Assembly: GCF_036321535.1 (NCBI RefSeq)
Contig: NC_087436.1
Location: 55,430,001 to 55,494,000, forward strand
Direction of reading: 5' to 3'
Length of the DNA: 64,000 nt
Source: Camelus dromedarius
Taxonomy: Eukaryota
The notes beneath the pieces are model-generated. The model did not search any database and was not told the origin of the DNA. It saw only the letters and a list, made by a program, of their open reading frames with translations. The position numbers and the translations under genes were made by a program. Positions 50,981-64,000 of this stretch are shown here, one piece after another (position 1 is the stretch's first letter; the number at the start of each line of letters is the position of its first letter).

Positions 50981-51563
50981 TATTCATTTTTACTTTAAAA
51001 TTACCTGTAAGAAATAGCTCAGGGGCTCAAAGATTTCTACTAATTTGTGGTCCCACAATTTATTGTTATTGCCCTTACTTTTTCCCACCATTGAAAAACA
51101 TGACCTATTCATCCAGCCAAAGTCATTTTAACAGATTTCCTATATATTACAAGCACATTTATTTCCACATCCCAGTTGGAAGAAGTAATTAGAATGTTGG
51201 TAACTCAAGGTAAATACCTGAGAACATTCCCAAGTGATGTCAGAAAAAAAAAAAAGCCTTTATTTAAAAGAAATGAGAGCTTCATTTACACTGAAGCTCT
51301 TCTGATGAGCACCATTTTCCCATGTCTTCCTGACTCTACAAATGATGTCACCAATCATTGTTTTGATTGGCTTATTCTACTTCTGACATTCCCACAGCTA
51401 TTTTCAATAGTTTATCAAGCAATTCCAAAGTGCCCACCCACTGTTCAAAGTTCTGCAGTGGTTCAACATTGGGGTGCCTTCTCTCTTTTTTTTTAAACTC
51501 TTTTCAGGATTGCTGACTTAAAAACATGTGGTTTACATTTCTATTTTAACCACTAACTTCTAG

Positions 51564-51723
51564 CACCTTGGTACTCAGAAGGCGTGGTTTGGACCATAGC
51601 ATCAGCGTCACCTGGAATCCTATTAGAAATGCAGAATTTCCAGCTACGTAACAGACCTACTGAATCAGAATCTGCATTTTGCACAAAGGTGGCTTTCATG
51701 GGTTTGAAGCGTGAGGAGCACTG
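51564..51723. mobile_element. MER5A/B-like DNA transposon
   Basis: GCATCAGCGTCACCTGGAA...TTAGAAATGCAGAATT...CAGACCTACTGAATCAGAATCTGCATTTT. Confidence 0.85.
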
Positions 51724-52209
51724 CTCTTGTGCACCATGTCACCCTCTCTTTATACTTCCATTTCCTTGCTCCTATCTTGGAAAAGTAAAAATAACATTAG
51801 GTCTACCAAATTTTGAATCAGGGAGGGAGGTAGAGTGATCTGCTCTTCAGTATGTCGCTTAGTACATTTATTTGTTGCGTTACTTCTCTGCCCACCCTCC
51901 ACCGCATCTGTGCTGTCGTATCCAATTCTCTTCACTCATCTTGTCAGGCCACCCATCTCTTTATCCTGCTGTAGACCCCTTATTTCATCCAGGTTGTAGC
52001 TCTGCTATTCTGCATCATTAGCAAATCTGCTTTCATTAGCTAATAAATGTCCAAAATTTAATTGAATTTTCTTCTCCACTGATGGTGCTTTCATTCTTCC
52101 TGGATTTTTGAAGACTTATGTCATTTAAAATTATTTTCCTATAATATCAATTATCAGGAATGAGAGGTACAACATTATTTACTCAGTGTGTCATTTTGAA
52201 CTAAAAAAC

Positions 52210-53040
52210 CTTCCATCTGCGATCTACTGTCCCACCTCTCTATCTTCATCTTTCTCAGCTTCTTAACACTACTTTATACAGTTGTCATCTCCACCTCCTA
52301 ACTTTTCTTATAGCATACTGGCCAAGATTTCATTATCTTCCAATTGCTAAATATTGCAGAGCTCAGGGCTTTTCTCTTTTGTCTCCCTACCCCCTCCATG
52401 GCTGATCCATTCAAGGTCATAGCTTTAAATATGACCCAAGTCCTCAAGACAAGAATTTCTGTAAGTCCTCTAATGCTCTCCAAAACTCCAGACTTTTTAT
52501 TTAACTACATAATTTATATCTCCATGTTGATATATACTAGTCTGCTGACATAGGGCGTATCTGGAAATAAAGTCCTGATTCCTCCCTCTGTCTCCAGGCT
52601 GTCTCTTCATTAGTCTTCTCCAGCACAGTAAATGGCAGATCACATATCCAGTTACTCAATTAAAATCCCCAAAGTCATTCTTGATTTCTTCCTTTCCTTC
52701 ACTCAAAACATTCAGGTCATCAGCAAGTCCTTTGATAAATATTTAGAATCTTCTCATTTTCTTCCACTTTATAATTCTGATCCGAGACACCATCACCTTG
52801 TTTTAAGATCATATTTATAACTTCTTCTTGCTTCTGCCCTTGCACCCTGAAACCCAGTCTTCACACAATGACCATATAAAACACGTCTCAGTTTATGCTA
52901 TTTCCGGGCAAAAGAGTCCAATGGTTTGTCAAGTTCTTTACCAGAAGTCATGATATAATCTTACATATTTCTTGGACCACTGTTCCCGTGCTTGCTATAC
53001 CCCAGAAAACATCTTCAGGAGATGCTCTTTGAAACACATC
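52210..53040 (+). mobile_element. L2 ORF2/3' fragment
   Basis: CATGGCTGATCCATTCAAGGTCATAGCTTTAAATATGACCC...CTCCAAAACTCCAGACT...TCATCAGCAAGTCC. Confidence 0.75.
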
Positions 53041-53994
53041 AGATATAAATATTTATTAAACAAACTTTTCTAGAAGAGATGCTACCAATTCCTAGTGTGC
53101 TTTCTTGAAGGATTCAAAATGTTTCATTTCCAACCCACCACCCATGTCAACAAAATATTGAAAATTAAATTAAACTTAGGAAAAACTTACTTCCATTATT
53201 TAGAATCAAGCTCATTATCTACATGAGTTTTGATAGAGAGGAAATTAATGTTACTAATTTATTATTAATTATTCATAATCTGAAGTGTTGGTAATTATTA
53301 ATCCATCTTCAGGGAGACATGAAAAGGTAATAATAATTATATATGTATTTATATATTTACAGTATTTAAACTTTGTTTATTTATCTTACCCTCACAATGC
53401 TGAAGAATCATGTTGATCTCCCTTTCTCTTGTGGGGAAGAGTGGGCTTTTGTAAAGTCGCAAGATTTAATCAACACGTGTCCTTTCACTAGCTATTTTAA
53501 ACGAATGCCTACTATGCGCCAAGAAGTATTTCATCTCTATAAAGCCTCTCTTTCTAAAATAATGAAAATCGAACAGAGATATCTCAGATTCTGCCGTTTT
53601 TGTTGAATGCATTGATGCTGAATAATGGTGCTACAAATATTTAAAATGTTATTTCCTGGCCTTTTGAAATAAAAACAATGACATTTAGAATGCAGCCAAA
53701 TAGCATTAATCTGACTTCTCTGCCTACAAGTTATATTGCCAATTTATCTCAAGCAGGATTTCATAGTTAAGGTGACATCACCCAAAATGTCACTCTGGAG
53801 AGAGAGCCAATGACCCTGTTCTTATAGGATAAAAGCCCAAACAATATAAGTGGCTGTATTTCACATAACACCATGTTGTATCCTAAAGGACTCTCAGGAG
53901 CCAAAGTGTTTAAGATTCCTAAGCAGGATTCATGCGTCTAAGGGTTTTAAATGATTTTCAAGTTTCATTTAAATATAGCATTATCACTAATTTC

Positions 53995-55335
53995 ATATTT
54001 TTTTCAACAAACAGTTATTGAGTATCTACTGTATTCCAGACACCGGTTTAGTTAATTAACAGTAAAATATCACTGTTTTTGTGGCACTTACAGCCTATTA
54101 AGAGCTGCAGGTATTAAAGAAAGTAAATAAGTAAATTATTAGAAGTAAGTACAAAAGAGGAGAGAAACAAAAGGAAAGAGAGTTGTAGAATGGTGAGTGA
54201 GAGATGGCTGAAAATTTTCCATAGAAGGTCAGGGAAAACCCATTAAGAAAATGACATTTTGAATTGTTTACGCAAACACTTGCTTAACACTGTTTTTCAG
54301 GCTAAGTGCTTTTCAAATAGTAACTCATTTTTCCCTCATGACAAGTCAATGAAGGAGGCACTATTATTAGCCCCATAGTATGGAAAATGAAACGAAGGGA
54401 CAGAAAGGTTAACCACTTGCCCAAGGTCCACAAAACTGGAAAGTGGCAGAGCCACGCCTGAAGCACAGGTAGCCTGGCTCTCAGCTCCACACTCTTTGCC
54501 TTCATGCCTTTTCTGCCTCTCTTCTTTGAACAAAGACACGAAGAAGGTCAGAGCAAGCCATGGAGATATTTGAAGGAAATGTATTTTAGGCATAGATAAG
54601 AGATGGGCCTAAATTGAAAACAGTGTGGAGTCCAGCATGGCTGATGTAACACAAAGGAAGGGTAATAGGAGTGAGGTCTGAGAGGCAGTGGGGCACTAGA
54701 TCACATACACATTTTACTTCTACCCTGTGGGAGACATGGAACCAGGAGAGAGATTTGCACAGAAAGGACATGTTGAGTCTGCTTTAAGAGGATAACTGTG
54801 GCTATTCTGTTGAGAATAGATCATAAACAGCAGGAAGACAGGACTACCAGTGGGGAACCCAGTCCAAAGTTTTGCAATAATGGTGGTGAAAAATTATTGT
54901 ACCTTGAATCAGATAAAAACGTTGGAGGTAATGAAGAATAACTAGATTCTTGATATATTTTGAGTCTGGCCAACAGAATTTTTTGGTGATTAGGTATGGG
55001 ATGTAAAAACAAGACAGAAAACCAGGATGACATCAAGAATATTGTCCTGAATAACCAGAAAGATAAAGTTACCATTAATTGAGAAGGCAGGGCTGTAGTA
55101 GAAGATACGGATGGAGACAGCTTTGTACATGTTAAATTTGATGTGTATTTGGCATCTAAATGGAGATGTCAATCTGGCAATTATATTTATGAGTCTGGAG
55201 TTCAGAGAAGAGTTCCATGTTGGAGACATAAATTTGGGGTGGATTCACGTACAGTTAGTATCTAAAGCCATGAGACTAGATGAAGTAACCAAAGCAGTAA
55301 CTGTGGAGAGAGAAAAATGGTTCCAGGACTAAGTT
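53995..55335 (-). mobile_element. L2 3' portion interrupted by a MIR
   Basis: L2 tail TTCAACAAACAGTTATTGAGTATCTACTGTATTCCAGACAC, followed by body to AAAGCCATGAGACTAGATGA. Confidence 0.85.
54262..54505 (-). mobile_element. MIR inserted in L2
   Basis: ATGAAACGAAGGGACAGAAAGGTTAACCACTTGCCCAAGGTCCACA. Confidence 0.85.
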
Positions 55336-55754
55336 AGATTGATATTTTAGTGTTTTTTGTTTGTTTTTTCATTTGCTAGATAGTAAATGTAATGTGTCAC
55401 ACATAAAAATGTAGGAAAAACAATGAGGGAGCAGAAGCTAAACTGTGTTTATACTACTTTGATATTAACACATTTTGAAAATGCTGATACATATGTATGT
55501 ATATATAACACAACACCAAGGACTTTACAAGTTTAAAATGTATTTGAACTTCATCTCAGTACAGGTTTAAATTTTCTCAGAATCCTAGATTCTTAAAAGT
55601 AATAACACAGCAACACTCCATTTCATGTAGTGTTATTTCTCTATAAGTGTTCCTCCTTAATTCCTTGCATTAACTTTGATTGATAAGAACTGGTGATATT
55701 AATTCAAGTAAATTATAAATGGGCCAATAAGATGTTTGTTGTGTTTATCACTAA

Positions 55755-55850
55755 GAGGAAGGAAGGAAAAGAGGGGAAAAGGAAATGAAGGGAGAAAGGG
55801 AAGGAGGGAGGAAGAAAAGAGAGAAAGAAGGAAGGACAGAAAATAGATGA
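55755..55850. repeat. GA-rich (GGAA-like) polypurine tract
   Basis: About 95 bp, almost entirely purines. Confidence 0.85.
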
Positions 55851-57594
55851 AAGCAGTCAGACTTGCTGGATCTGTATTGAAAACTTGACTGGCAAATTTT
55901 ACAAGGAGCCCCTGGGTCCCTTAATCACCCATCCCCCAATCATGTGAGTAATAATCACAGCAAAAACACACTGTCAGAGCTTCTGATATTGGGAAACAGC
56001 TAACAATATTCTGGTATTTAACTGACCTGTGGAATTAAGGCTTTGTTAAGAGCTGATTTTGCAAAGGAATTTGGCTTCTGAAGCCCATAAAAAGCAGATG
56101 GATTCTGGGAAGGAATTAAGTGTCTGCTGGTAGGGGGGTGATGGGTTGTTTCATTAATGAAATGTGAACAGCAGGGGGATGTTAATGAATAGACACCCCA
56201 GAACTTGCATACCAAATTTATTCCTTGAAAAAGAAAAAAAAAACTTGAATATGTTAATAAGCCGAGAGGTATTTTACAAAAGGAAATGCCAAAACGGGGA
56301 GAAAATGCATTTCTTAGAACTGTAAGGTTTTTAAAAAATCAGTTTCTGCTACTTTTAATACAGCATTCCACTTTTTCTAACTTATGGTCTAAAGACATAT
56401 GAAAAATGTAACTAGTTAATATTACTCAATATCATATTCCATAGTTAGACTATTGATCCCAACATTTGGGAATTTGTGATACTGGTTATTTATCTTATTT
56501 TGATAACATACTTTTTTTTCTCAGTTTATTGGATCACAAATATTAAATCTTAAAACATTTGAACTAATCGTGTTTGTTCCAAAAGTAACTCATATATATT
56601 TATAAAAAGTTAAAACTACAGATAAACAAAAAAAGAACATTAAAATCCATCATCATCCCACCATCCAGAGACATCACTGTTAACTCACTCTCCTTCCAGA
56701 CCTTTTCCAGTAAATAAAATGCTGATTTAAGTGCATCACCTAAAGTTAATATCGCAAGAGTGCTTCAAATATCGGAACACACCAAAGTATAGCAAGAAGA
56801 CAGGAGTCTTCAGTGCAGTGATACAAATGCAGGGTCTTTTTTCCTTTCAGAGTTCCATCTGTCGTCCGTTGAGGTGAAGGCATGTCAAGGCAGCGTGGAT
56901 AATGCAAAAGTAACTCGTCAGGCAGGCCTCGACATTTACCTTTATAATTTCGCGTTTACAGTTAGTGAAGTAGAGGAGTTTTCTGCACACGCTGCAGTCC
57001 TCTGGGGTCTCCAGCTGGTAGGCTGCTCCGCTTCTCCCCGTGAGATAATCAGCCACGCAGAGCCACTCCGGTAATGTATGGTGCCCTGCCATATGTGGCC
57101 GTGCGGCTCGTGATTGCCACGCATCCCCTGACATCCTAATTCAGGAAGTAGGAGCTTCCCTGGATGAGTGACATTCAATTATCCAAGAAAGAAATTCTTA
57201 AAAGACCACATGATACAAAGATAAATCACCTTGGCTGACAGCTTCATTACAAAACTGACACATGGAGAAGAGAAGTAGCCCAGTGGGCTAAAGGTATCTT
57301 CTCAGCCACTCCCTAAGCAACCGTGATGTCTGGCGAAAGCTGAGCCTCAGCCAGATGATTTGGGCAAGGCCGTGGAGTCACATCGTAAGAGGATTAGATT
57401 TTCCCCACAGTATCAAGGACTGTGTTTCTGACGTCAAGTTATTTGATAAATCACTCCTAGAAGTTCCTGACAAAAAATGTAATATTTATTATGAGATGGT
57501 CCCCGACTAGGCTTTCCAAAGCCACTCCCTCCTCACAGCACCCCAACTCCCCACCACTAATCCAGGCTAGATCTCAGCCTCGCATTTGCTTCTT

Positions 57595-57722
57595 TGCCTT
57601 GACCAGGCACAGTCCATGCCTGTCTTATCCTTTCGGTCGTCTCTATCAACCAGCACAAGGCTTAACACTTGAAAGACACTGAATAAATATTGGTGAATGG
57701 ATGAGTAAGTGAATGAATGAAA
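57595..57722 (+). mobile_element. L2 3' terminus
   Basis: CTGAATAAATATTGGTGAATGGATGAGTAAGTGAATGAATGA. Confidence 0.7.
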
Positions 57723-58251
57723 GCAGAAATGACAGAATGCCTCATCAGCTGAACACAGACTGCTGGCCCCTGCCCGTGCCCACAGAGCAAGAGGGTGTAA
57801 CCCGCTTCTCCTCCACACGGGCGCCATAGAGAAGTCAGTTCTTTGGCTTACACTGCACACCCCCCACCAGCCCGACAGCCTTTACATCGGCCCCTGGCCT
57901 TAGCAAGAAAGAGGACTGAGTAAGCCTTTTGCTTTTGTCAAAAGGGATACTAATAGTATTAAAACTCTCAGATTATTGTGAGATTTAATTTAGATAATGC
58001 AAATAAAACACGTGTCTGGCGCAGAATACAAGTTCTGTGAACAGTTGCTGTTTGGCTGTTGGCCACTAATGCTAGAAGCTCATGGCCACAACACTGCCCC
58101 TCTCGCAGCGTCTGCCTGGTGGTAGATGAGGCAGAACGTTTTAAAAGTTCTTGCTTTACACTCGTTCCGTTATTCATCTGCTTCCAAAGGACAGATCAAA
58201 GAGGGAAACTCCCTCTAAAATGCTGCCTGCTAGTTGTGTAACCGCAGGTAA

Positions 58252-58355
58252 ATCATAGAATATTAGAATTAAAAGGGGCCTTAATGTAATAAGTCTAGCC
58301 TCCCACTTCATGCTTGAATCCTGTCTATAACACCCTCAGCAGAGGGTACTCAGCT
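58252..58355 (-). mobile_element. CR1/L3 (or MIR3) 3' terminus
   Basis: ATCATAGAATATTAGAATTAAAAGGGGCCTTA...GTCTAGCC...ATGCTTGAATCCTGTCTATAACACCC. Confidence 0.6.
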
Positions 58356-61300
58356 CACATAGCTACTGGTGAGAAGCCTGTTCCCGAATAAACTCAAGAG
58401 AGAGGTCTTACAGGGAAGAGAAATGCTAAGTTGCCTGTATTCTATTCCTGTTTTTTTTTTTTAAATACAATAAATTAAATGATACGAAATTCTACACTGC
58501 ATGTCACAATGCCTAGACTGCCATGGAGGGTTTCTTTTAAACTTCTGAAATAATCTTATTCTCATTTTGATTCTAGTAATAGGAGATGTAATGAAAATGT
58601 CAAAAGAGGTTACTAAACGATTTAGCCACATTTTCAATTCCTGTGTTGCATTTTTAATAGTTACATTAAAAAGCGAATACTGTAGGGACTCTCTCACTCT
58701 CTCTCGGGGAAAATGAGGTGTTCTGGAGATACAGCTTTGATACAAGTAAAGGCTTTAAAGAGACAGCTGTTTAATTATGCATTAATATAAATGCTGAGTA
58801 GGAGATGTTTCATAATGAAGGGAGCCCCTATTATAGATTATATCCTACTCACCCTAGCGATGTTTAGTTCCTTTTGCTGGTTGTGGGGCTCACCAAGGCC
58901 AGACAGACCAGAGGAGCCTGATTAAATCAGCTGGCTTCTTGGGAGATGGGATAGGAAAAGGAAATTGTTGCCCACATGGGAGAAACAGCTATTCATTGAG
59001 GTAAAATGAAGCAAAGGTTTATGGTGAAGGATTCTGTTGCCTTGATATGTCAAAACCATACAGTTGGAATTAACACACTAACACACACATACTACCCTCT
59101 GGTAGAAAAGGGGTTTGACAATGCTAGCAGCCTGCTTCAAGTTAGTCCAGTTAAAAGGAAGACAGTCAACAATCCCTGAGGCCTCAAAGGCCCCTAGTCA
59201 GAAGTGCAGGCTAACTTCTTTGTGAATTGCAAAAACAAAAATAGATTTCATGGAGGCTGTTCACACTGCAGAATGCCATAATGAAGGTTGTATTGTGCTT
59301 TTCTTTTCTTCCACTCTCATATTTGTAAAGATAAAATTTAGATTAAATACTTAAGTAGCGTGGAAAGCAAGAAATAACAGCAAGGTGGGACGTGAAGTCT
59401 ACATGATGCAGGTGAAGACTTTGGATATGGTTTCCAGAGCTTTTTTCTTTTATTCTTAGCTCAAGCTGGTACTTCCTTGACTCAGGGATTATATCATAAA
59501 ACAGAAATATGAAGTTATTAAAGAAAACAGGTCTTTCCTTTCTTCCTTAAGTTCTGAAGTCTTTGAAGAGAACAAGTACATTTACAGGCACCAGCTCTTA
59601 CTCCAGGTGCACTTGCTAAGCTAGTTGGAAAGGCTAGATATACGTGGTAAATTACAGGGTCAAGATTGCACAGTTCAGACTCTAAAGATTAAGCGTTAAA
59701 TCTGAGTGTGCCTGGTTTTATAATGAAATCGTTAAGTATTTGGATTTCTTCATATCCTCTCCATAACCACATACAGCTCAGTGGTTCTCAGACCTTTCAT
59801 TCCAGGACAGAAGCTGAAATGACATGCCTTGTGCCTGAGTCTGTCCATCCCTCTTATCACCACTGGGATGTACTTGAGACCCACTCTCTCCTAAATTCAT
59901 TCCTCAGAGAATATAGGTACATAATTTGATAAAATCATTCTGGAGCATTATTTGCATTTCAGCATTTGGATTCTCACAGGGTATTTCCATGCCCTAATTT
60001 AAAGGAGGAATTCTAAGCAAGGTGGACTCAAGCCCTGGGACAGGAATAGTGGGACACGGTGGGTGACGGACAGGTGGGAATGTGTGTGATCACAAGGATT
60101 AGGCTCAGGACTGAGGGTGCGGTTTTCCAGGATCTATGCTACTGCTTTTCTCAGGGTCACAGGTTGCTTATCCTGAAAAAAAAGATTTAAAAGCAATACT
60201 TTCTACTTTTCTAATGTCTGTCATGCAACAGTTCTATCCATAACTAATGTACCTATTTGATATCTATCTTCCTTTCACACACACACTTTCTCTTTCTCTC
60301 TTTTTACTCAATTTGCCTCCCCTAAGCATGTCTATTTCCAATTAAATAAGAGCAAAGGTATCTATTTGAATATATGAATATTCAAATAAAATACAAATGA
60401 ATAGTTTCTGTGCTCATTGAGAGCTGTCTTCCTATACATAGATGTCAAGAGATCATAATACTAAACTAGAAGTGTAGAATTGTCATTAATTATGATTTAT
60501 TTATTTCTGAAATCTTTGTAGTAAGAAAACAATCTTCCAAATTTTTCAAATGCATGACATAAATCTATCACAGTCCTAGGGAATGATTTTACAAATAGAC
60601 ATAACCTCATAGGTCGAGTGGAACATGGTGTGAATGTGCTTAATAAGAAAAGCAAGCCCTTGACGTAGACTGGAGATGAACAGGTCATTAGCCAGAGGTG
60701 GTAAGCCAACTGATTTCAGAGTAACACAGTGAAGGGTGGTGTTAGGCCAAAGGGTAAAGTGGATAAAGTCTGTCCTTGGTGTCCTCTCTCGTATTCGCCT
60801 TTCTACCCAGGTAATTCCACTTATCCCTGGTCTCAGTTGCCCTCATTATTGCTGCACTTGATGGAACTTTGCCACAACTCTATTTGCCTGTCATCATGTC
60901 TCTTGGGAGATGTGTAGCATGGTGATATTTCTGACTTGGGGAGTGAAACTGGACACAGTATCTCAGTCTCACTCTGTCCTTTAAGAGCAGCATGACCCCT
61001 GGACAGTTGGTGCCTCTGCTATGTTGTGTCTGCTTCTACCTGATGAGCAGAGCTTGGTCAGGCTAACATCTAAGAGGCAGATCTGCAGCCACTTGCTCGC
61101 TGGGCTCCTCCTGTCAGGCTTCAGAGATAAGAGAGAATGATTACTCTCATTCCTGTTTAGGTAGTGTTTACCTACTTTGCAGACCCAAACTTTCCCTCAG
61201 ATGAATCACCCCAAGGTCTAGACAAGGGGGGTGGGGTGCAGATAATGCTTGGGAACTAATTTGGCTTTAGATTCTAGTCATGTTCTCCATTCCAGCGCTT

Positions 61301-61519
61301 CCAGAAATACAACTGGTATTTAGAGGTGCACTCTTCTGTTTATCACAGTTTTTAACTGTAGGGGTTGGGGATGGAGTAGGAGAGACCATGTTTCATTAAA
61401 TACCAACTTTAAAAGCTAACATTGTCAACAATCTGTTATTAGCTTGTAATTATTTTAACTGATACAAGTTAAAAGATGTGTTTTCTGAATCATAGTCTGT
61501 GATATCTTGAAATTCCATG

Positions 61520-61725
61520 GTGGTGATGATGGTTTTTATTATTAATTAATATAAGAAATTCTATCTGTGGACCTTTACATATGCTAATTCTAATTTTTAC
61601 AGCCTTATATAGTGGCAATTATTTTTTCTACAGAAAAACAGGATCAGGTAAAAGTAACTAGGTAATAATTAGCTGAGCCAGAATTTTAACCAAAATATAT
61701 TCTTCAAAGCTCATACTCTTGAACA
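61520..61725 (-). mobile_element. MIR SINE
   Basis: CTTTACATATGCTAATTCTAAT...GCTGAGCCAGAATTTTAACCAAA...TCAAAGCTCATACTCTT. Confidence 0.6.
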
Positions 61726-61884
61726 TTACTATTATGAAAGATAACCTGTATATACAAATGATAATTTAATCTAGAAATTCATATCTACCATTGAGAGAAA
61801 TGCAAACACCCACTTGACTTATGATATAAATCAAAAATATCTGAAATCACCTTTAATCATACTCTTAATTTTCCTTCAGAGCGT

Positions 61885-62052
61885 TATAATCACTTATGAT
61901 TAAATATTTCTATGGTTATTTAATGTCTGTTTTCCCAAATGAACTATACATTCTGTATGGATGAGAATCATTTCTATCTTCCTAACCATTGTACCCTTAG
62001 CACTCAGCTCACCGTTTGGCTCATGTTAGATAACCAATGTTTGCTGAATAAA
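61885..62052 (+). mobile_element. L2 3' terminus
   Basis: CATTGTACCCTTAGCACTCAGCTCACCGTTTGGCTCATGTTAG...AATGTTTGCTGAAT. Confidence 0.7.
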
Positions 62053-63094
62053 CTTTAAACATAGATATTCAGCTCTATTCTCCCTTTTAGTGACTGCATT
62101 CTTTTTCAATGAGAATGAATGGACCGATCACCTTTTCTCTGTTCAGAATCTATTTGGATCCATGGAAGAAAGTAATTGCATTTGAGAATCCAAGCAGAAG
62201 GACACAAAGGAAAAAACAGAGAATTGTCAGAATTCACTTGAATGTACTCTTCTCTTTTTCTTGTTATTTTTTTCCTTCTCCCTACCTTCCCCAGTGCCTT
62301 TGTGCACCACATGCCCTGGTGTCTCCAGATTGCTATGTATTTGCAGAATATGGCCACATGACCAGGTATTGATGATGACTTCAGTTTATCTTGTGCTCAA
62401 AATGTACCGTTCTCAGTTGTCAAAGTGCAATCTTTATTTGAGGTGCAGAATTTATGGGAAGATGTCAGCTGCTCTTCCCAGTTAAAGATAATTCTTTCTT
62501 CCTCTGATGTCCCATATCAAACATCCTTAAATCTGTATTGTTTATCACAGACTACCTGGCATTAGCGTCTGCTTTGTACACTTCTCTCCCTAACAAAATT
62601 CAGAGTTCCCTTGTGCAGGAGCTATGTTCCTTCAGTTCCTGGCACTGCATCTTGGGCTAGGAACATAGTCAATTAACATGTATTAAACTGAATTCTGTAT
62701 CTTTATTTATAGTGTGGAGATAATGACTAGTTTATAAATAGCGGGATGCTTCATCATGCCAGAATCACAAAGTACTGTCAATAGTTGAAATGACAACTCG
62801 TTCAATCATCAAGTTGCTTGTTTTGTCAGTTGTTTTTAAAAATGTGTCTTCTAGCAGTTATTATGGAAAAGAAATAGCAAAGTGGAATGCTCCAAGAGTA
62901 GGCTACCATAATAGATGCAGATCAGATGACTATTAATACAATTGTAACTCATCTTCTAGGTTATGTATTAGGAATAGAATTTTAAATTACCTGCATTTTG
63001 ACAAAAGAAGTAATATATATCTTAAGAGCATCATAGTAGTTTCACCTTTTATTATTTCACAAGCATCTTTCCAAAAATTCATTTTCGCATTCTG

Positions 63095-64000
63095 CTTTAT
63101 TGAGATATAATTAACATACAGCACTGTGTAAGCTTAAGGTGAACAGGATAGGGAGTTGACTTACATATGTCATGAAATAACTACCACAGTAAGTTCAGTG
63201 AACATTCGTCATCTCATATAGATACAAAAGAAAAAAGAAAAAAAAAAGAAAAATCTTTATCCTCGTGATGAGAACTCTTAGGATTTACTCTTAACAACTT
63301 TTATCTGTAACATACAGCAGGGTTAATTATATTAATCATATTGTACATTACATCCCTGAAAGTTTGTACCTGTGACCACCTTCATCCAAATTGCCCCTCT
63401 ACCTCTAGTAACCACAAATCTGGTCTCCTTTTCTCTGAGTTTGTTTGTTCTTGAAGTATAGTTGACCTACAACACTATGTTAGTTCTTGGTGTACAACAT
63501 AGTGATTCAGTGTTTCTATACATTACAAAATGATCATCACAATAAGTACCATCTGTCACCATACAAAGATATTACATTATTATTGACTCTATTTCTCACA
63601 CTGTATTGTATATATCATACCCATGACTCATTTGTTTTGTAACTGGGAGTTTGTACCTCTTATCTCCCTTACCCATTTCTTTCATCTCCCTACACAGCAT
63701 CCCTCTCTACATTTGTAATTCTGTTTCTGTTTTGTTACGTTTATTTATTTGTTTTGTGTTTTCGATTCCACATATAAGTGAAATTATATGGTATTTGTCT
63801 TTCTCTGATTTATTTCACTTAACTTAATACCCTTTAGGTCCATTCATGTTGTCAAGAATGGTAAGATTTCATTCTTTTTATGGCTGAGTAATACTCCATA
63901 TGTATATATGGATATATCTATATATCATATATATCTCATATTTCCTTTATCTATTCACCTATGGATGGGCACTTAAGTTGTTTCTATATGTTGGTTATTG
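63095..64000 (-). mobile_element. L1 3' UTR (L1MA9-like), running off the window end
   Basis: CTTTATTGAGATATAATTAACATACA...GATGAGAACTCTTAGGATTTACTC...GATTCCACATATAAGTGA...TTTTATGGCTGAGTAATACTCCAT. Confidence 0.9.

Noticed and set aside
60363..60388. Hairpin TATTTGAATAT-ATGA-ATATTCAAATA as a miRNA or terminator
   Set aside because: The 11-bp arms are nearly all A/T, too short for a pre-miRNA and plausible by chance in AT-rich DNA.
1..64000. Novel multi-gene biological system, or host-gene orientation from L1 strand bias
   Set aside because: No supported coding genes are present, and L1 fragments occur on both strands, so neither can be inferred.

Overview
AT-rich mammalian genomic DNA, either intronic or intergenic, with no protein-coding exon or RNA gene that I can support. 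Much of the window is recognisable interspersed repeat: old L2, MIR and CR1 fragments, L1s of several ages, MaLR/ERVL/ERV1 LTRs and MER5 DNA transposons. Two short tRNA-Ala-derived SINEs resemble camelid Vic-1 and, with cetartiodactyl-type L1 3' ends, suggest a camel/alpaca genome (inference). The ORFs in the track are random or repeat-derived, apart from decayed retroviral RNase H/integrase at about 33.96-35.0 kb and L1 ORF2 C-terminal fragments. The most notable items are: an L1 insertion with a 20-bp target-site duplication (TSD) and an apparent 3' transduction; a twin-priming L1 inversion; an intact ERV1-type solo LTR with a perfect 4-bp TSD; a consensus CTCF motif inside dead integrase sequence; and repeat-free, motif- or CpG-rich segments that look like enhancers, especially a PBX-HOX cluster at about 46.7-47.0 kb. 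I found no evidence for a novel multi-gene system. Repeat subfamily names come from remembered consensus sequences and need Dfam/RepeatMasker confirmation. Boundaries of old repeats are approximate.
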